64,000 nt of DNA, taken from Oligoflexia bacterium (lineage in GTDB: Bacteria > Bdellovibrionota > UBA1018). The stretch is from contig CAIZRG010000049.1 of assembly GCA_903935335.1 (NCBI GenBank), positions 51,759 through 115,758 on the forward strand, given 5' to 3'. Shown one piece after another: positions 10,692 through 20,918 of this stretch (the stretch's first letter is position 1; each line of letters begins with the position of its first letter). The notes beneath the pieces are model-generated. The model had not been told where the DNA came from. It did no database searches and saw nothing but the letters and a program-made list of their open reading frames with translations. Both the position numbers and the translations under genes were made by a program.

Positions 10692-10814
10692 CTAGTTACC
10701 TAGAGTTGTGACAACCTGGTAGACCAGATAAAAACCAATTCCAATACTTGGAACTCCAACCAAAGCTCCTAGCAATGCTGCCATCACTTTTTTAAAATAT
10801 CCTGTGTTTCCCAT
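10692..10814 (-). CDS. Small hydrophobic peptide (40 aa, single TM), hypothetical
   Basis: Manual translation MGNTGYFKKVMAALLGALVGVPSIGIGFYLVYQVVTTLGN in the intergenic gap. Below the ORF-track size cutoff. Confidence 0.3.
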   Translation of the reverse strand: MGNTGYFKKVMAALLGALVGVPSIGIGFYLVYQVVTTLGN

Positions 10815-10851
10815 AAATTTCTGACTCCTATTGTGCTATGATTCCTAAGAA

Positions 10852-12063
10852 TTGGCAAATATAAACTGGCAGTCCCTTGGACTGTCCTCTATCACTTTAG
10901 ATTTAATTGAACAGGCTGGCTTCAAAGCTCCAACCCCTGTTCAATCTTTGGCAATCCCCATTGCTTTAAACCAAGAAGACCTGATTGCCTCTGCGCAAAC
11001 AGGGACCGGTAAAACAGCAAGTTTTGTTTTACCGATGGCTGAACGATTTGCAGGACGAGAAGGAACTTACGGATTAATTCTGGCACCTACTCGAGAGATT
11101 GCCCAACAAATCCATCAGTGCTTAGAAATTTTTGCCGCTCCACAAGGGATTCGTTCAGCTGTTCTAATCGGCGGTGTAGACATGCGACAAGATCTTCGCT
11201 CTCTTCAAGGATATCCACAGGTTATTGTTGCTACTCCAGGACGTCTTTGTGATCACTTAGACAGAGGAAATCTTTGGTTGGATTATATCGAAGTTGTTGT
11301 TTTAGACGAAGCAGATCGTATGTTGGATATGGGGTTTTCAGCACAACTATCTAGAATTATGGAAGAAGTTCCAAAAAAACGACAAACCCTCCTCTTTTCT
11401 GCAACTATTTCTTCTGAAGTTGAACGTCTTGCAAGGAAGATTCTAAACCAACCTAAGAAAATAACGATAGGTCAACCCAGATCCGCAGCTGGATCGGTTG
11501 AACAAAAAATAATTTGGATGAATGAAGCATCCAAAAACCATCAACTTCGAAAAATATTAAAAGAAGAATCTGGAAGCATTATTGTTTTTACTCGCTCAAA
11601 AGATGGCGCAACTCGAGTTTGGAGATCTTTACATAGCTCTGGCATTTACGATGCAACCTACATTCATTCAGATCGACTTCAATCACACCGTGAACAAGCT
11701 CTGCTCGAGTTTAAAGAAGGAAAATATAGAATCCTCATTGCAACGGATGTAGCTGGACGAGGAATTCATGTCGACGGTGTTGCCCATGTGATTAACTACG
11801 ACCTCCCCTTTGAACCCGAAAACTATATTCATCGCATTGGTAGAACAGGAAGAGCTGGATCAACTGGAAAATCAACTACTTTTGCAACCCCTCAAGACGC
11901 CCCCCTTGTAAAAGAAATTGAAAAAGTGCTCGGTCAACCTATCCCTTCTAAAAAAATTGAATCTTTTTCCCAAATCACTCAAGTCTCCCCAACTGGGAGA
12001 AGCCCTCATCCTGAAAAACGAAATTTTAAGCGCTACCCAGCTAAAAAAAATACACAGAAATAA
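10852..12063 (+). CDS. DEAD-box ATP-dependent RNA helicase
   Basis: Q-motif region, AQTGTGKT, VLDEADRML, SAT, HRIGRTGRAG, basic C-terminal tail. Confidence 0.92.
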   Translation: MANINWQSLGLSSITLDLIEQAGFKAPTPVQSLAIPIALNQEDLIASAQTGTGKTASFVLPMAERFAGREGTYGLILAPTREIAQQIHQCLEIFAAPQGIRSAVLIGGVDMRQDLRSLQGYPQVIVATPGRLCDHLDRGNLWLDYIEVVVLDEADRMLDMGFSAQLSRIMEEVPKKRQTLLFSATISSEVERLARKILNQPKKITIGQPRSAAGSVEQKIIWMNEASKNHQLRKILKEESGSIIVFTRSKDGATRVWRSLHSSGIYDATYIHSDRLQSHREQALLEFKEGKYRILIATDVAGRGIHVDGVAHVINYDLPFEPENYIHRIGRTGRAGSTGKSTTFATPQDAPLVKEIEKVLGQPIPSKKIESFSQITQVSPTGRSPHPEKRNFKRYPAKKNTQK

Positions 12064-12102
12064 CTCTTAATCTCCTGGTAATGAAAAAGCATTTTGCAAG
12101 CC

Positions 12103-12885
12103 TTAAGGAACTCCTACAATGTAAGCAATCCATGAATAAGCGTTGTCTCCTTGCTCCATTGAAACATACTCTCCAGTTCCTTCTCCATTCAAGGTAGACT
12201 CCCAATAAACAATGCTTCTCTTAAAACCTGCTTCTTCTAGTAAATCCCGAACTTCTGGAATGGTCCATAAACGCCAATGATAGTTAAAAGCATTTTTAAG
12301 TTGGGTCCCATTTGCTAGTTTAAAATGAATAGAGTATTTTGCATCATGAGTAATTGGATCAAACGATTTTTGATCCCAGATATAAACAAATTTTTCCTGA
12401 TCTTTTACCGTTTTTTGCTCCCGAGTTGAGGTAATCATCCCAGGACCTCCAGCCATTTCTAAAATGAGAACACCTTGATTCCGAAGTGACTTCAGGCAAC
12501 TAGAAAAATACTGAAGAAGTATTTTTCTTTCCTTAAAAATAAAAAATGAAAAATTACATGCTACAACTAAATCTACTTTTGCTTGGGTCGTTAGGAGTAC
12601 ATCACGCTTTAAAATAGATAAGCGCTTTTGCTCAGGTTGAGAAAGATGCTGCCAGTGATTTTTTTTCCCATATTCAAGTGGCTCAGGATCAAGATCGACC
12701 ACCCATGCATAATTTCTAGGACTTCGCTTTACCCATGCGCAAGAAAGAATAAAAGTACCACAAAAATCTTCTCTCAACCTCCTTGGCTCACTGTGATAGA
12801 TATCTTGGTAGATAGACAAAAAACAGCTCAAATGAGCGCTAGGACTTTGCACCGATCGTTCATAAAGTTGATATTTATCCATCAT
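12103..12885 (-). CDS. Class I SAM-dependent methyltransferase (putative)
   Basis: 260 aa. VLILEMAGGPGM glycine-rich motif I-like segment. Confidence 0.55.
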   Translation of the reverse strand: MMDKYQLYERSVQSPSAHLSCFLSIYQDIYHSEPRRLREDFCGTFILSCAWVKRSPRNYAWVVDLDPEPLEYGKKNHWQHLSQPEQKRLSILKRDVLLTTQAKVDLVVACNFSFFIFKERKILLQYFSSCLKSLRNQGVLILEMAGGPGMITSTREQKTVKDQEKFVYIWDQKSFDPITHDAKYSIHFKLANGTQLKNAFNYHWRLWTIPEVRDLLEEAGFKRSIVYWESTLNGEGTGEYVSMEQGDNAYSWIAYIVGVP

Positions 12886-12894
12886 ATAAAATCC

Positions 12895-15261
12895 TTAAGA
12901 ACGAGGCTTCAAGTTATTTCGAAGCGCAGCTAATCCAGAAAAAGGATTATTAAAAGCTTCTTTTCGCTTTCTTTGTAAAACGGCTTTTTTTGGAGAAATC
13001 ATGGGTTTTACAATTTGCTTAGAAAGCTCAGTTCGGATTTGAACAGGAGGAATCACAACTCTTTCTTGAGTATTTTTCATGGAAAGTGAAATTTGACTTT
13101 TTTCAATATGAACTTCCAATACTTTTACCTTAACTTTATCCCCTGGGCTCACAACCTCCCTAGGATCTTTGATAAATTTTTCACAAATCTGGGAAATATG
13201 AACAAGCCCATCTTGATGAACTCCAACATCTACAAATGCCCCAAAATTAGTGACATTCGTTACAATTCCTGGACAAATCATCCCAGGCTTTAAATCCTTT
13301 ATTTCATGAATATCTTCTCTAAACTGAAAATGACTAAATTCTTCTCGAGGATCACGCCCTGGTTTTTCCAGTTCTTTGACAATATCTTGGTATGTAAACG
13401 CCCCGATTTCTTCCTTAAAGTTCGGGTCTTTCTTCAACAACTCCACTCCCGAACCTGTTAAATCTTTAACATTTCTCCCATGCTTTGAAGCAAATTCTTT
13501 AATTTTTGAATAATTCTCTGGATGAACTCCGGTATTATCCAATGGCTGCAAGCTATCGGGTATTCTTAGAAATCCAGCAGCTTGTTCAAATGCTTTTTTA
13601 CTAAAACGAGGAATTGTATGCAAATCTTCCCGAGAACGGAAGAGACCTTTTTGACTTCGATATTCTACAAGTGTTTTAGCCAGGGATGGACCAATTCCAG
13701 AAACATGAGACAGTAAATGATACGAAGCAGTATTGAGATTCACCCCTACCTGATTGACACAAGACTCAACAAGGTGAGTGAGGCTACGCTTCAAAGCATA
13801 GGCAGAAACATCATGTTGGTACTGCCCTACACCAATGCTTTTCGGATCAATCTTAACCAGTTCAGATAACGGATCTTGAAGTCTTCTAGCAATAGAAATA
13901 GCTCCTCGAACTGTGAGATCTAAGTCAGGGAACTCTTCTCTAGCAACCTCACTGGCGCTATAAACACTCGCTCCTGCTTCACTCACCATAACAACTGGAA
14001 TGGATATATCCTTCTCTTTTAAAGCTGCCCGAACAAAAGTTTCTGTCTCTCGACCTGCAGTTCCATTACCCACAGCAACAGCTGAAATTTCTCCTGTTTT
14101 TACGATTTCAGCAATGAGAGCTTTTGCTTTCTCTTTGACATCTTCATTATTTAAATGAAGCACTGTACTTGCAATGTATTTGCCCGTATAATCAACGATA
14201 GCAAGCTTGCAACCCGTTCGAATGCCTGGATCAATCCCAAGAACGGCTTTTGGACCAAAAGGCGAAGCTAATAAAAGCTTTCTTGCATTCTCAACAAAAA
14301 CTTTGATCGCTGCTTCGTCAGCCACCTCTCTTAAGGCTTTGTGAACTTCATTTTCAATACTGGATACAACATGAACTTTATAAGCCAACCGCGCTGCTTT
14401 GAGTAAAACTTCAGACCCAGGAGAATCTGCAACTGTACAAGCAGCTTGCTCAAAAGCTTGAATCAACCTAACTTCAAACTCAGGATCATTCTTTGGACCT
14501 TCAACTGTCAAAACAAGTTCTTCTTCAGTCCATCCCCGCTTAACAGCTAAGTAACGATGAGAATTTTGGGGAAGCATTAAAGAAGGGATCGCTTCAAAGT
14601 AATCAAAATAATTTTCGAACTTGCTATTGTTCTTTACAGCCTTACCCTTTTGGGTACAAATGACCCCTTTTTCAAAAAATTCTTTTCGTACCAGTTGCCT
14701 GAGTTCCTGAATTTCAGAAAGACGCTCGATAAGAATGTCTTGAGCTCCAGCAATAGCAGACTCAGCATCTTTTACGTCTTTAGCTTCATTCCTAAAGGTA
14801 AAAGCCCAAATCTTTAAAGTCTGTCCTGGATGAGGAACCTCAGTTGCATGACCACAATTCCAAATCCACTCGGCAAGCGGTTCTAGGCCTGCTTCTCTTG
14901 CCAAAGCCGCTTTAGTTTTACGTTTCTGCTTGTAAGGCAAATACAAGTCCTCAAGAACTTCTGGTTTGAAGGTTTCCTGAATTTTAGCTTTCAACTCTGG
15001 AGTCAGTTTCTTCTGATGTTCAATTTCACCTAAAATAAACTCTTTACGTTTTAAAAGTTGATCCCAACGTTCTTTGGCATCCAAAGTACTCTGAATAGCT
15101 ACCTCATCCAATCCCCCCGTTTGCTCTTTTCGATACCGAGCTATAAACGGCACCGTCGCTCCATCCTTGGCTAAAGCTAAAACCGAAGCTGCTGATCCAA
15201 CTGAAATCTCTGGATGAGTAGATTGGAACCAAGTCTCAAAATTCACGTCAAATACCTCCAA
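12895..15261 (-). CDS. tex: Transcription accessory protein Tex
   Basis: 788 aa. YqgF/RNaseH-like region, HhH repeats and C-terminal S1 domain (GMICPGIVTNVTNFGAFVDVG). Confidence 0.9.
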   Translation of the reverse strand: MEVFDVNFETWFQSTHPEISVGSAASVLALAKDGATVPFIARYRKEQTGGLDEVAIQSTLDAKERWDQLLKRKEFILGEIEHQKKLTPELKAKIQETFKPEVLEDLYLPYKQKRKTKAALAREAGLEPLAEWIWNCGHATEVPHPGQTLKIWAFTFRNEAKDVKDAESAIAGAQDILIERLSEIQELRQLVRKEFFEKGVICTQKGKAVKNNSKFENYFDYFEAIPSLMLPQNSHRYLAVKRGWTEEELVLTVEGPKNDPEFEVRLIQAFEQAACTVADSPGSEVLLKAARLAYKVHVVSSIENEVHKALREVADEAAIKVFVENARKLLLASPFGPKAVLGIDPGIRTGCKLAIVDYTGKYIASTVLHLNNEDVKEKAKALIAEIVKTGEISAVAVGNGTAGRETETFVRAALKEKDISIPVVMVSEAGASVYSASEVAREEFPDLDLTVRGAISIARRLQDPLSELVKIDPKSIGVGQYQHDVSAYALKRSLTHLVESCVNQVGVNLNTASYHLLSHVSGIGPSLAKTLVEYRSQKGLFRSREDLHTIPRFSKKAFEQAAGFLRIPDSLQPLDNTGVHPENYSKIKEFASKHGRNVKDLTGSGVELLKKDPNFKEEIGAFTYQDIVKELEKPGRDPREEFSHFQFREDIHEIKDLKPGMICPGIVTNVTNFGAFVDVGVHQDGLVHISQICEKFIKDPREVVSPGDKVKVKVLEVHIEKSQISLSMKNTQERVVIPPVQIRTELSKQIVKPMISPKKAVLQRKRKEAFNNPFSGLAALRNNLKPRS

Positions 15262-15406
15262 AAAGTCATCTTTTGCGTACTCCTTAATTGTTCACAGGGG
15301 AAGATCTTACACCATTGTTTTACAACGTCGATGACTTTTGTGATTTGAAATGTTTGAAAAATACGAAAAAATTTATATATTCACGAATTCCTGCTAGACT
15401 GAGCCG

Positions 15407-17221
15407 ATGTCTATCCTTGTCACTGCGTCCCGCCTTTCTAAATCATTTGCTGCTCGCCCCCTTTTTGACCAGCTTACTTTTACTATTGAGTCAGGAGATC
15501 GAATTGGACTCATTGGACCCAATGGAGCTGGAAAATCAACTTTGCTCCGAATTTTAGCATCCCAAATCCCTCCTGATCAAGGGACTCTATCCTTCCAAAG
15601 GGGAGTCCGAATTGGATTTTTAGAGCAAACCCCTCAATTTAAAAAGGATGCTACGATCCTTTCGACGCTTTTAGAAGGTTCCATGACATCCAACTCGGAT
15701 AGAATTGTCCCAGAATTAATTTCAAGATTTACTTTTGAAGATCCTCTAGCAACGATTGCAAGCCTTTCTGGAGGATGGAAAAAACGAGCTGCTCTGGCCA
15801 GAGAACTTGCTTATCAACCCGATCTCCTCTTACTCGATGAACCGACAAACCACTTAGATTTAGAGGGAATCTTATGGCTTGAGGAATTTCTCGAGGCCTC
15901 CCATATAGCAACAGTGACCATTACTCATGACCGAGCTTTTCTTCAAAACATTTCAAACCGAATCCTTGAACTTGATCGAAGAAACCAAACTGGATTACTC
16001 CAAGTGAAAGGGGATTACGCCACTTATCTAGAAATAAAAGAACAGCTTATGGGAGCTCAAGAACAGCGAGAAATTGTTTTAAAGAATACTCTCAGAAGAG
16101 AAACTGAGTGGCTCAGGCAGGGAGCAAAAGCTCGTACCACGAAACAACAAGCTAGAATCCATCGCGCTGAACTTCTCAGTAGCGAGGTTCAAGAACTGAA
16201 AGATCGCAACCAAAATCGAACGATACAGATGGATTTTCAAAGCTCTGATAAAAAATCAAAAAAATTGATTGAAGCTCAAGAAATTTGCATGAGTTATGGC
16301 TCAAAAAAGATATTCTCTGGGGTCAACCTTTTACTCACTCCAGGGAAAAGAGTAGCAATCTTAGGTCCAAACGGTTGTGGTAAGTCAACCTTAGTCCGTG
16401 TTTTAACAGGTCTTGAACCTCCTCAAAGCGGAAGAGTCACTCTTTCAGAAAACCTTTCAATTGCCTATTTTGAACAAAACCGAGAAACTCTAGATCCAAG
16501 TGCAACTGTTCTAAAAACTTTATGTCCCTACGGAGACCAAGTTCACTACTGTGGGAGACCCATTCACATTCGGAGTTACCTCGACCGATTTCTCTTTACT
16601 CCAGGACAAATGGAAATGAAGGTTGAAAAATTATCTGGAGGGGAACAAAGCCGGCTTCTGATTGCTCAACTCATGTTAAATGCAGCTAACTTACTTGTTT
16701 TAGATGAACCCACAAACGATTTAGATAGAACGACTCTCTCTGTTCTTCAAGAGTGTTTAACTGATTTCCCGGGTGCTATCCTTCTGGTCACTCATGATCG
16801 ATATTTTTTAGATCAAGTGGCTACTGAAATCCTAGCTTTTGGATTAGAGCAAAGTCATTCAAAAAATCTCATCTCTTTTGCTAGCCTAAGCCAATGGGAA
16901 ACTTGGCATGCAAATCAACTTAAGAAAAATAAAACTTCAGTCAAAAAAAATCAGAAAATCAATACAAAAACTGAACCCACAACTTCCTCTCTTAAAAAAA
17001 AGAAACTCACATTCAAAGAAACAAAGGAGTTAGAAACTATTGAAGAACGAATTCGAACAACTGAAAAACTCCTCATCCAATTCACTCATGAGAGTACCCT
17101 GGAAGAAACCTCAAAAAACTCAGACCGGTTAATTGCAGTCACCCAAGAAATGAATCGATTACAAGCTGAGATTGATCATCTTTATTCGAGATGGTCTGAG
17201 TTAGAACTTGCATCTTCCTGA
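15407..17221 (+). CDS. ABC-F family ATPase (tandem ABC domains, no TMD)
   Basis: Two Walker A motifs (GPNGAGKST, GPNGCGKST). Two ABC signatures (LSGGWKKR, LSGGEQSR). Charged linker and C-terminal coiled coil. Confidence 0.9.
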   Translation: MSILVTASRLSKSFAARPLFDQLTFTIESGDRIGLIGPNGAGKSTLLRILASQIPPDQGTLSFQRGVRIGFLEQTPQFKKDATILSTLLEGSMTSNSDRIVPELISRFTFEDPLATIASLSGGWKKRAALARELAYQPDLLLLDEPTNHLDLEGILWLEEFLEASHIATVTITHDRAFLQNISNRILELDRRNQTGLLQVKGDYATYLEIKEQLMGAQEQREIVLKNTLRRETEWLRQGAKARTTKQQARIHRAELLSSEVQELKDRNQNRTIQMDFQSSDKKSKKLIEAQEICMSYGSKKIFSGVNLLLTPGKRVAILGPNGCGKSTLVRVLTGLEPPQSGRVTLSENLSIAYFEQNRETLDPSATVLKTLCPYGDQVHYCGRPIHIRSYLDRFLFTPGQMEMKVEKLSGGEQSRLLIAQLMLNAANLLVLDEPTNDLDRTTLSVLQECLTDFPGAILLVTHDRYFLDQVATEILAFGLEQSHSKNLISFASLSQWETWHANQLKKNKTSVKKNQKINTKTEPTTSSLKKKKLTFKETKELETIEERIRTTEKLLIQFTHESTLEETSKNSDRLIAVTQEMNRLQAEIDHLYSRWSELELASS

Positions 17222-17243
17222 AAAAAATAATCAAATCACCTGA

Positions 17244-18935
17244 ATGAAAATCTTTTCTAGAGAACGACTGATCGATGCTGCTCAAGGCCGAATCGAATGT
17301 GATTTAATTTTAAAAAATGCGAACTACTTGGACGTATTCTCCTGTGAATGGAAAATAGGCGATCTATCTATTCTAGACGGTCAAATTGTTGCAGTCGAAA
17401 CGGGGCTCAAGGGAAAACAAATCTTCAACGCCCATAAAAAATGGATTGTACCTGGATTCATTGATGCTCATGTGCATGTAGAAAGCTCAATGATGACTCC
17501 ACGATATTTTCAGCAAGCTGTCCTCAGCCGTGGCACAACAACAGCAGTGTGTGATCCTCATGAGCTTGCCAATGTCATGGGACTTCCTGGAATTCAATAT
17601 TTCCTAGAAAGTGCTGCCCAACTCGATCTCAACCTTCGAGTCATGCTCAGTTCTTGCGTTCCAGCTACAACCATGGAAACCAATGGAGCAGGGGAAATTT
17701 CTGCTGAACAGCTGATTTCTTTAGCTCAACATCCTCAGGCTCTCGGTCTTGCTGAGGTCATGAATGTCCCAGGAATCCTGAATAAGGATAAAAAATTACT
17801 CAAAAAACTTGAAGCATTTGAACATCAACCCATGGATGGGCATTGTCCTTTACTCAGAGGACAAGCTCTATCAGCCTATGCTTCAACAGGAATTTCAAGC
17901 TGCCATGAATCTTCTGAACTCGAAGAAGCGAAGGAAAAATTATCCAAAGGCATTGCCATTTGGATTCGAGAAGGAAGTGTTGCTAAAGACCTCAAAACCC
18001 TTCTCCCACTTTTGAATTTGGCTACTTCAACCAGTATGGGTTTTTGTACTGATGATCGTAATCCTTTGGATATCTCAGTTGAAGGTCATATTGACCATCT
18101 GGTAAGAACTACAATTCAGCAAGGGGTTTCGGCTGAAGTTGCTTTTCGGACTGCTTCTTGGAGTGTTGCTCGTCATTATGGACTCAACCAAGGCCCTCTG
18201 CGGATAGGTGCCATTGCTCCAGGTTATGGAGCTGATCTCGTCATCTTAAATGATCTTAAGACTGTTTCTCTTCATGACACGCTTAAGTCAGGAAAATGGA
18301 CTTCTGAGCTTGAATTACCCAGAACGCTCTCTCTCAGTGGACTGACTGACTCCATCCAGGCCGCTCTGCCAGAAGTGTGTGACTTAGAAGGACCCAAAGG
18401 AAGGGTCCATGTCATTGGCGTTTTAGAGGGGAAGATCATTACTGAGCACCGCGTTAGAAACAGTGATCAGAGAGGAGTAGCTCAACTCTCTGTGCTTGAG
18501 CGATATGGTCACGGATCAAAACCAGCAAACGGCTACGCAGAAGGATTTGGTCAAAACTTCAATGGTGCGATTGCATCCAGTGTCGCTCACGATAGCCATA
18601 ATTTAATTGCAGTTGGCAGTACGAGTTCTGATATGAGAGTCGCTTTTGCTGCTCTCAAGGAAACCGGAGGCGGATTTTGTGTCGTCCAGCACGGAGCAGT
18701 TTTAGCTCAACTTGCTCTTCCTCTGGGTGGCCTCATGTCTGAGCTTAACCCCATTGAACTCAAACGTTCACTCGAAAATTTGAAAAGCGCTAGCCAAAAA
18801 ATAGGATGTGTTCTCAGTGAACCTTTTTTGCAATTGGCTTTTTTAAGCTTACCAGTCATCCCCTCTCTGAAATTAACGGACCAAGGCCTTGTTCAAGTTG
18901 AAAAGTTCCAGATTATTGATGTCAGAGCCAGCTAA
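17244..18935 (+). CDS. ade: Adenine deaminase
   Basis: 563 aa amidohydrolase. GFIDAHVHVESSMMTP metal-binding motif and length typical of Ade. Confidence 0.82.
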   Translation: MKIFSRERLIDAAQGRIECDLILKNANYLDVFSCEWKIGDLSILDGQIVAVETGLKGKQIFNAHKKWIVPGFIDAHVHVESSMMTPRYFQQAVLSRGTTTAVCDPHELANVMGLPGIQYFLESAAQLDLNLRVMLSSCVPATTMETNGAGEISAEQLISLAQHPQALGLAEVMNVPGILNKDKKLLKKLEAFEHQPMDGHCPLLRGQALSAYASTGISSCHESSELEEAKEKLSKGIAIWIREGSVAKDLKTLLPLLNLATSTSMGFCTDDRNPLDISVEGHIDHLVRTTIQQGVSAEVAFRTASWSVARHYGLNQGPLRIGAIAPGYGADLVILNDLKTVSLHDTLKSGKWTSELELPRTLSLSGLTDSIQAALPEVCDLEGPKGRVHVIGVLEGKIITEHRVRNSDQRGVAQLSVLERYGHGSKPANGYAEGFGQNFNGAIASSVAHDSHNLIAVGSTSSDMRVAFAALKETGGGFCVVQHGAVLAQLALPLGGLMSELNPIELKRSLENLKSASQKIGCVLSEPFLQLAFLSLPVIPSLKLTDQGLVQVEKFQIIDVRAS

Positions 18936-19002
18936 TACCAAAAGTTGCCCTTTTTGATCTCATTTGCTATAGAAAACTAGATCATTCGCTGTTTTTTTGT
19001 GC

Positions 19003-19092
19003 GGAGAGATGGCCGAGTGGCCGAAGGCACTCCCTTGCTAAGGGAGCAGCGGGTAAAACCGCTCAAGAGTTCGAATCTCTTTCTCTCCGCCA
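19003..19092 (+). tRNA. tRNA-Ser (anticodon GCT), type II with long variable arm, CCA encoded
   Basis: Cloverleaf folded by hand. Acceptor ggagaga/tctctcc. Anticodon loop cttGCTaa. T-arm gagttcgaatctc. Confidence 0.9.
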
Positions 19093-19138
19093 CTCTCTGG
19101 TTCGAAAGAATCACCTAGGGTAACTCTCACTCACCCTT

Positions 19139-20356
19139 TCAAGGTGTGGGCACAGTGCAACTGTAAAACTGTACTTTATCTTTTACCTTATAATCAATCT
19201 TCAGGTACGTAGCGGGAGAGTGCTCCTGAAAGCTTTTATAAATCGATGTATCTGTACAAAGAATATGCGATCTGCGGGGGAATTTAAATCTATTAAGGCC
19301 TCCGTATGCTTCCGTTAAAACTCGGAGTACTTTGCGGGAAGGATCACTGAGATGCCCGACGATGATCGGGAAATTTTCATAATTCGCTGCCGCTGTCTTT
19401 CCATCTGCGGCATAAGAACTCATTACATAGAAAAAATTGAAGGGTTTTTTTTGCCATGGGTTTTCTGAGGGGCTATCCAACCAGGTGCCTTCAATTTTCT
19501 GTTCTAGAATGAGTTTCAAGATGAATGCATTTACACCTTCGCTCACTTTTAAGACTCCATCAGAGACGCTTGAACCTTTTTCCGGGAAATCAAACCCATT
19601 CTCACTAAAATTTTTAATATCATCTGGTGTTAGATAAGAATGCGAGTACCAGATCCCATGATCGTAATGGGTTGGAGTTAACAAATTTTTTTGAATCATC
19701 TCCATCACTTGATCCCGATAGTTTTTTTCATTCCAATAGCCTACATGCGTAATACCATTCACAGCTTCATAATCATGGTTACCGATCAGAGCGACGATGG
19801 AGTGCCCTCCCATTTTTTTTTGTTTTTTTTGTTTCATAAGAACGTCATTCAGAAATGCTAACGTGAGTTGTTCGTGAGAAGGGTCATTTTTAGCAATATA
19901 ATCTCCCATAAAGATAAGCTTACTATTCTGATGTCCATCACGGAATTTGAGATTAGGAATTTCAACATCCAGAGGAAGACCTTTATAAATTATGGATACT
20001 GTTTTTTTAGTAGGTGCATCCACTTCCATAATTCCTGAATTTACTAATGAATAAAAAATCATCTCCCAACTTCCATGAATATCTCCGATCACATAGACGC
20101 TCTGATCTTCTGGAACTGAGAATCGCTTAGTATCTTCGGCCATTGTATAAAAAGAGAAATCATCACCTAAACCCGAAGGACTTTTCTTATCCTCAGCGGA
20201 GATAACTTGACAGCTCTCATGGAGGACATTCAGTTGGTTTAAAGAAATGGGACGATCGATTTCGTTGAAACTCTTAAGCTCACTTCCTCCACAGCTCACA
20301 AAAATCACAGAATGAGAAAGAGAGAACAGAAGGAATAAGTAAATTCTATAATTCAT
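19139..20356 (-). CDS. Calcineurin-like metallophosphoesterase, probable lipoprotein
   Basis: Signal peptide plus lipobox (VIFVSCGG). GDIHGS, GDYIAKN and GNHD phosphoesterase motifs. Confidence 0.72.
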   Translation of the reverse strand: MNYRIYLFLLFSLSHSVIFVSCGGSELKSFNEIDRPISLNQLNVLHESCQVISAEDKKSPSGLGDDFSFYTMAEDTKRFSVPEDQSVYVIGDIHGSWEMIFYSLVNSGIMEVDAPTKKTVSIIYKGLPLDVEIPNLKFRDGHQNSKLIFMGDYIAKNDPSHEQLTLAFLNDVLMKQKKQKKMGGHSIVALIGNHDYEAVNGITHVGYWNEKNYRDQVMEMIQKNLLTPTHYDHGIWYSHSYLTPDDIKNFSENGFDFPEKGSSVSDGVLKVSEGVNAFILKLILEQKIEGTWLDSPSENPWQKKPFNFFYVMSSYAADGKTAAANYENFPIIVGHLSDPSRKVLRVLTEAYGGLNRFKFPRRSHILCTDTSIYKSFQEHSPATYLKIDYKVKDKVQFYSCTVPTP

Positions 20357-20358
20357 AA

Positions 20359-20395
20359 ACCACCCTCAGCAGCTGAATAAGCTACTGAGGGTGGT
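20359..20395. terminator. Perfect 11-bp inverted repeat (accaccctcag-N15-ctgagggtggt), hairpin between two minus-strand genes
   Basis: Read directly in the sequence. Flanked by T-rich stretches on both strands. Ends 2 nt before the ATG of the phosphoesterase gene. Confidence 0.35.
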
Positions 20396-20597
20396 TTCTA
20401 CTTTAATTTATTGATTAAATCAAGAGTATTTTTTGAAGCTTTTATCTGCTTGAATTTAAGTGTGGTTTTACCTGTTCTCGTGTCTAAACGAGTTTGATTG
20501 CGCCTCGCCGCCCCTTGGCTGAAACTCAGATAATTCCGATTAGATGGTATGATCGAGGCATTCGGTGATAAAGTTGTCAATTTTCAATAAGCCTATC

Positions 20598-20792
20598 TTA
20601 TTTTTTTAATTTACAAGTATTGATTCCAAAAAGAGCATAGGGCGGACACCAGCCAATAAGACCTGTGGCCAGAGGAATCAGCCCGAGCAGAAACCACAAA
20701 TTCGCAGGACCTACAAACGCAAGCGTCACTAAAACGACGCCAGCTAAAATTCTAAAAATTCTCTCTAGATTATGAATATTCTTTTTCATCAT
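20598..20792 (-). CDS. DUF2892 (YgaP-like) small inner-membrane protein
   Basis: 64 aa. Two TM segments. C-terminal GWCPPYALFGINTC, typical of DUF2892. Confidence 0.6.
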   Translation of the reverse strand: MMKKNIHNLERIFRILAGVVLVTLAFVGPANLWFLLGLIPLATGLIGWCPPYALFGINTCKLKK

Positions 20793-20918
20793 AAATATCC
20801 TTTTTTTGAAAAAATAGATTTACTTTGTCTTCAATAAATAATATATCGGAATAGTTATGTATAATAATAAACCATTGAAAGCCTATTTTAAAGAATTAAG
20901 ATTTTAAGAATTAAAATT

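Noticed and set aside
15288-15557. 89-aa ORF overlapping the ABC-F start
   Set aside because: Different frame from the well-supported ABC-F gene starting at 15407. Low-complexity Leu/Ser-rich translation.
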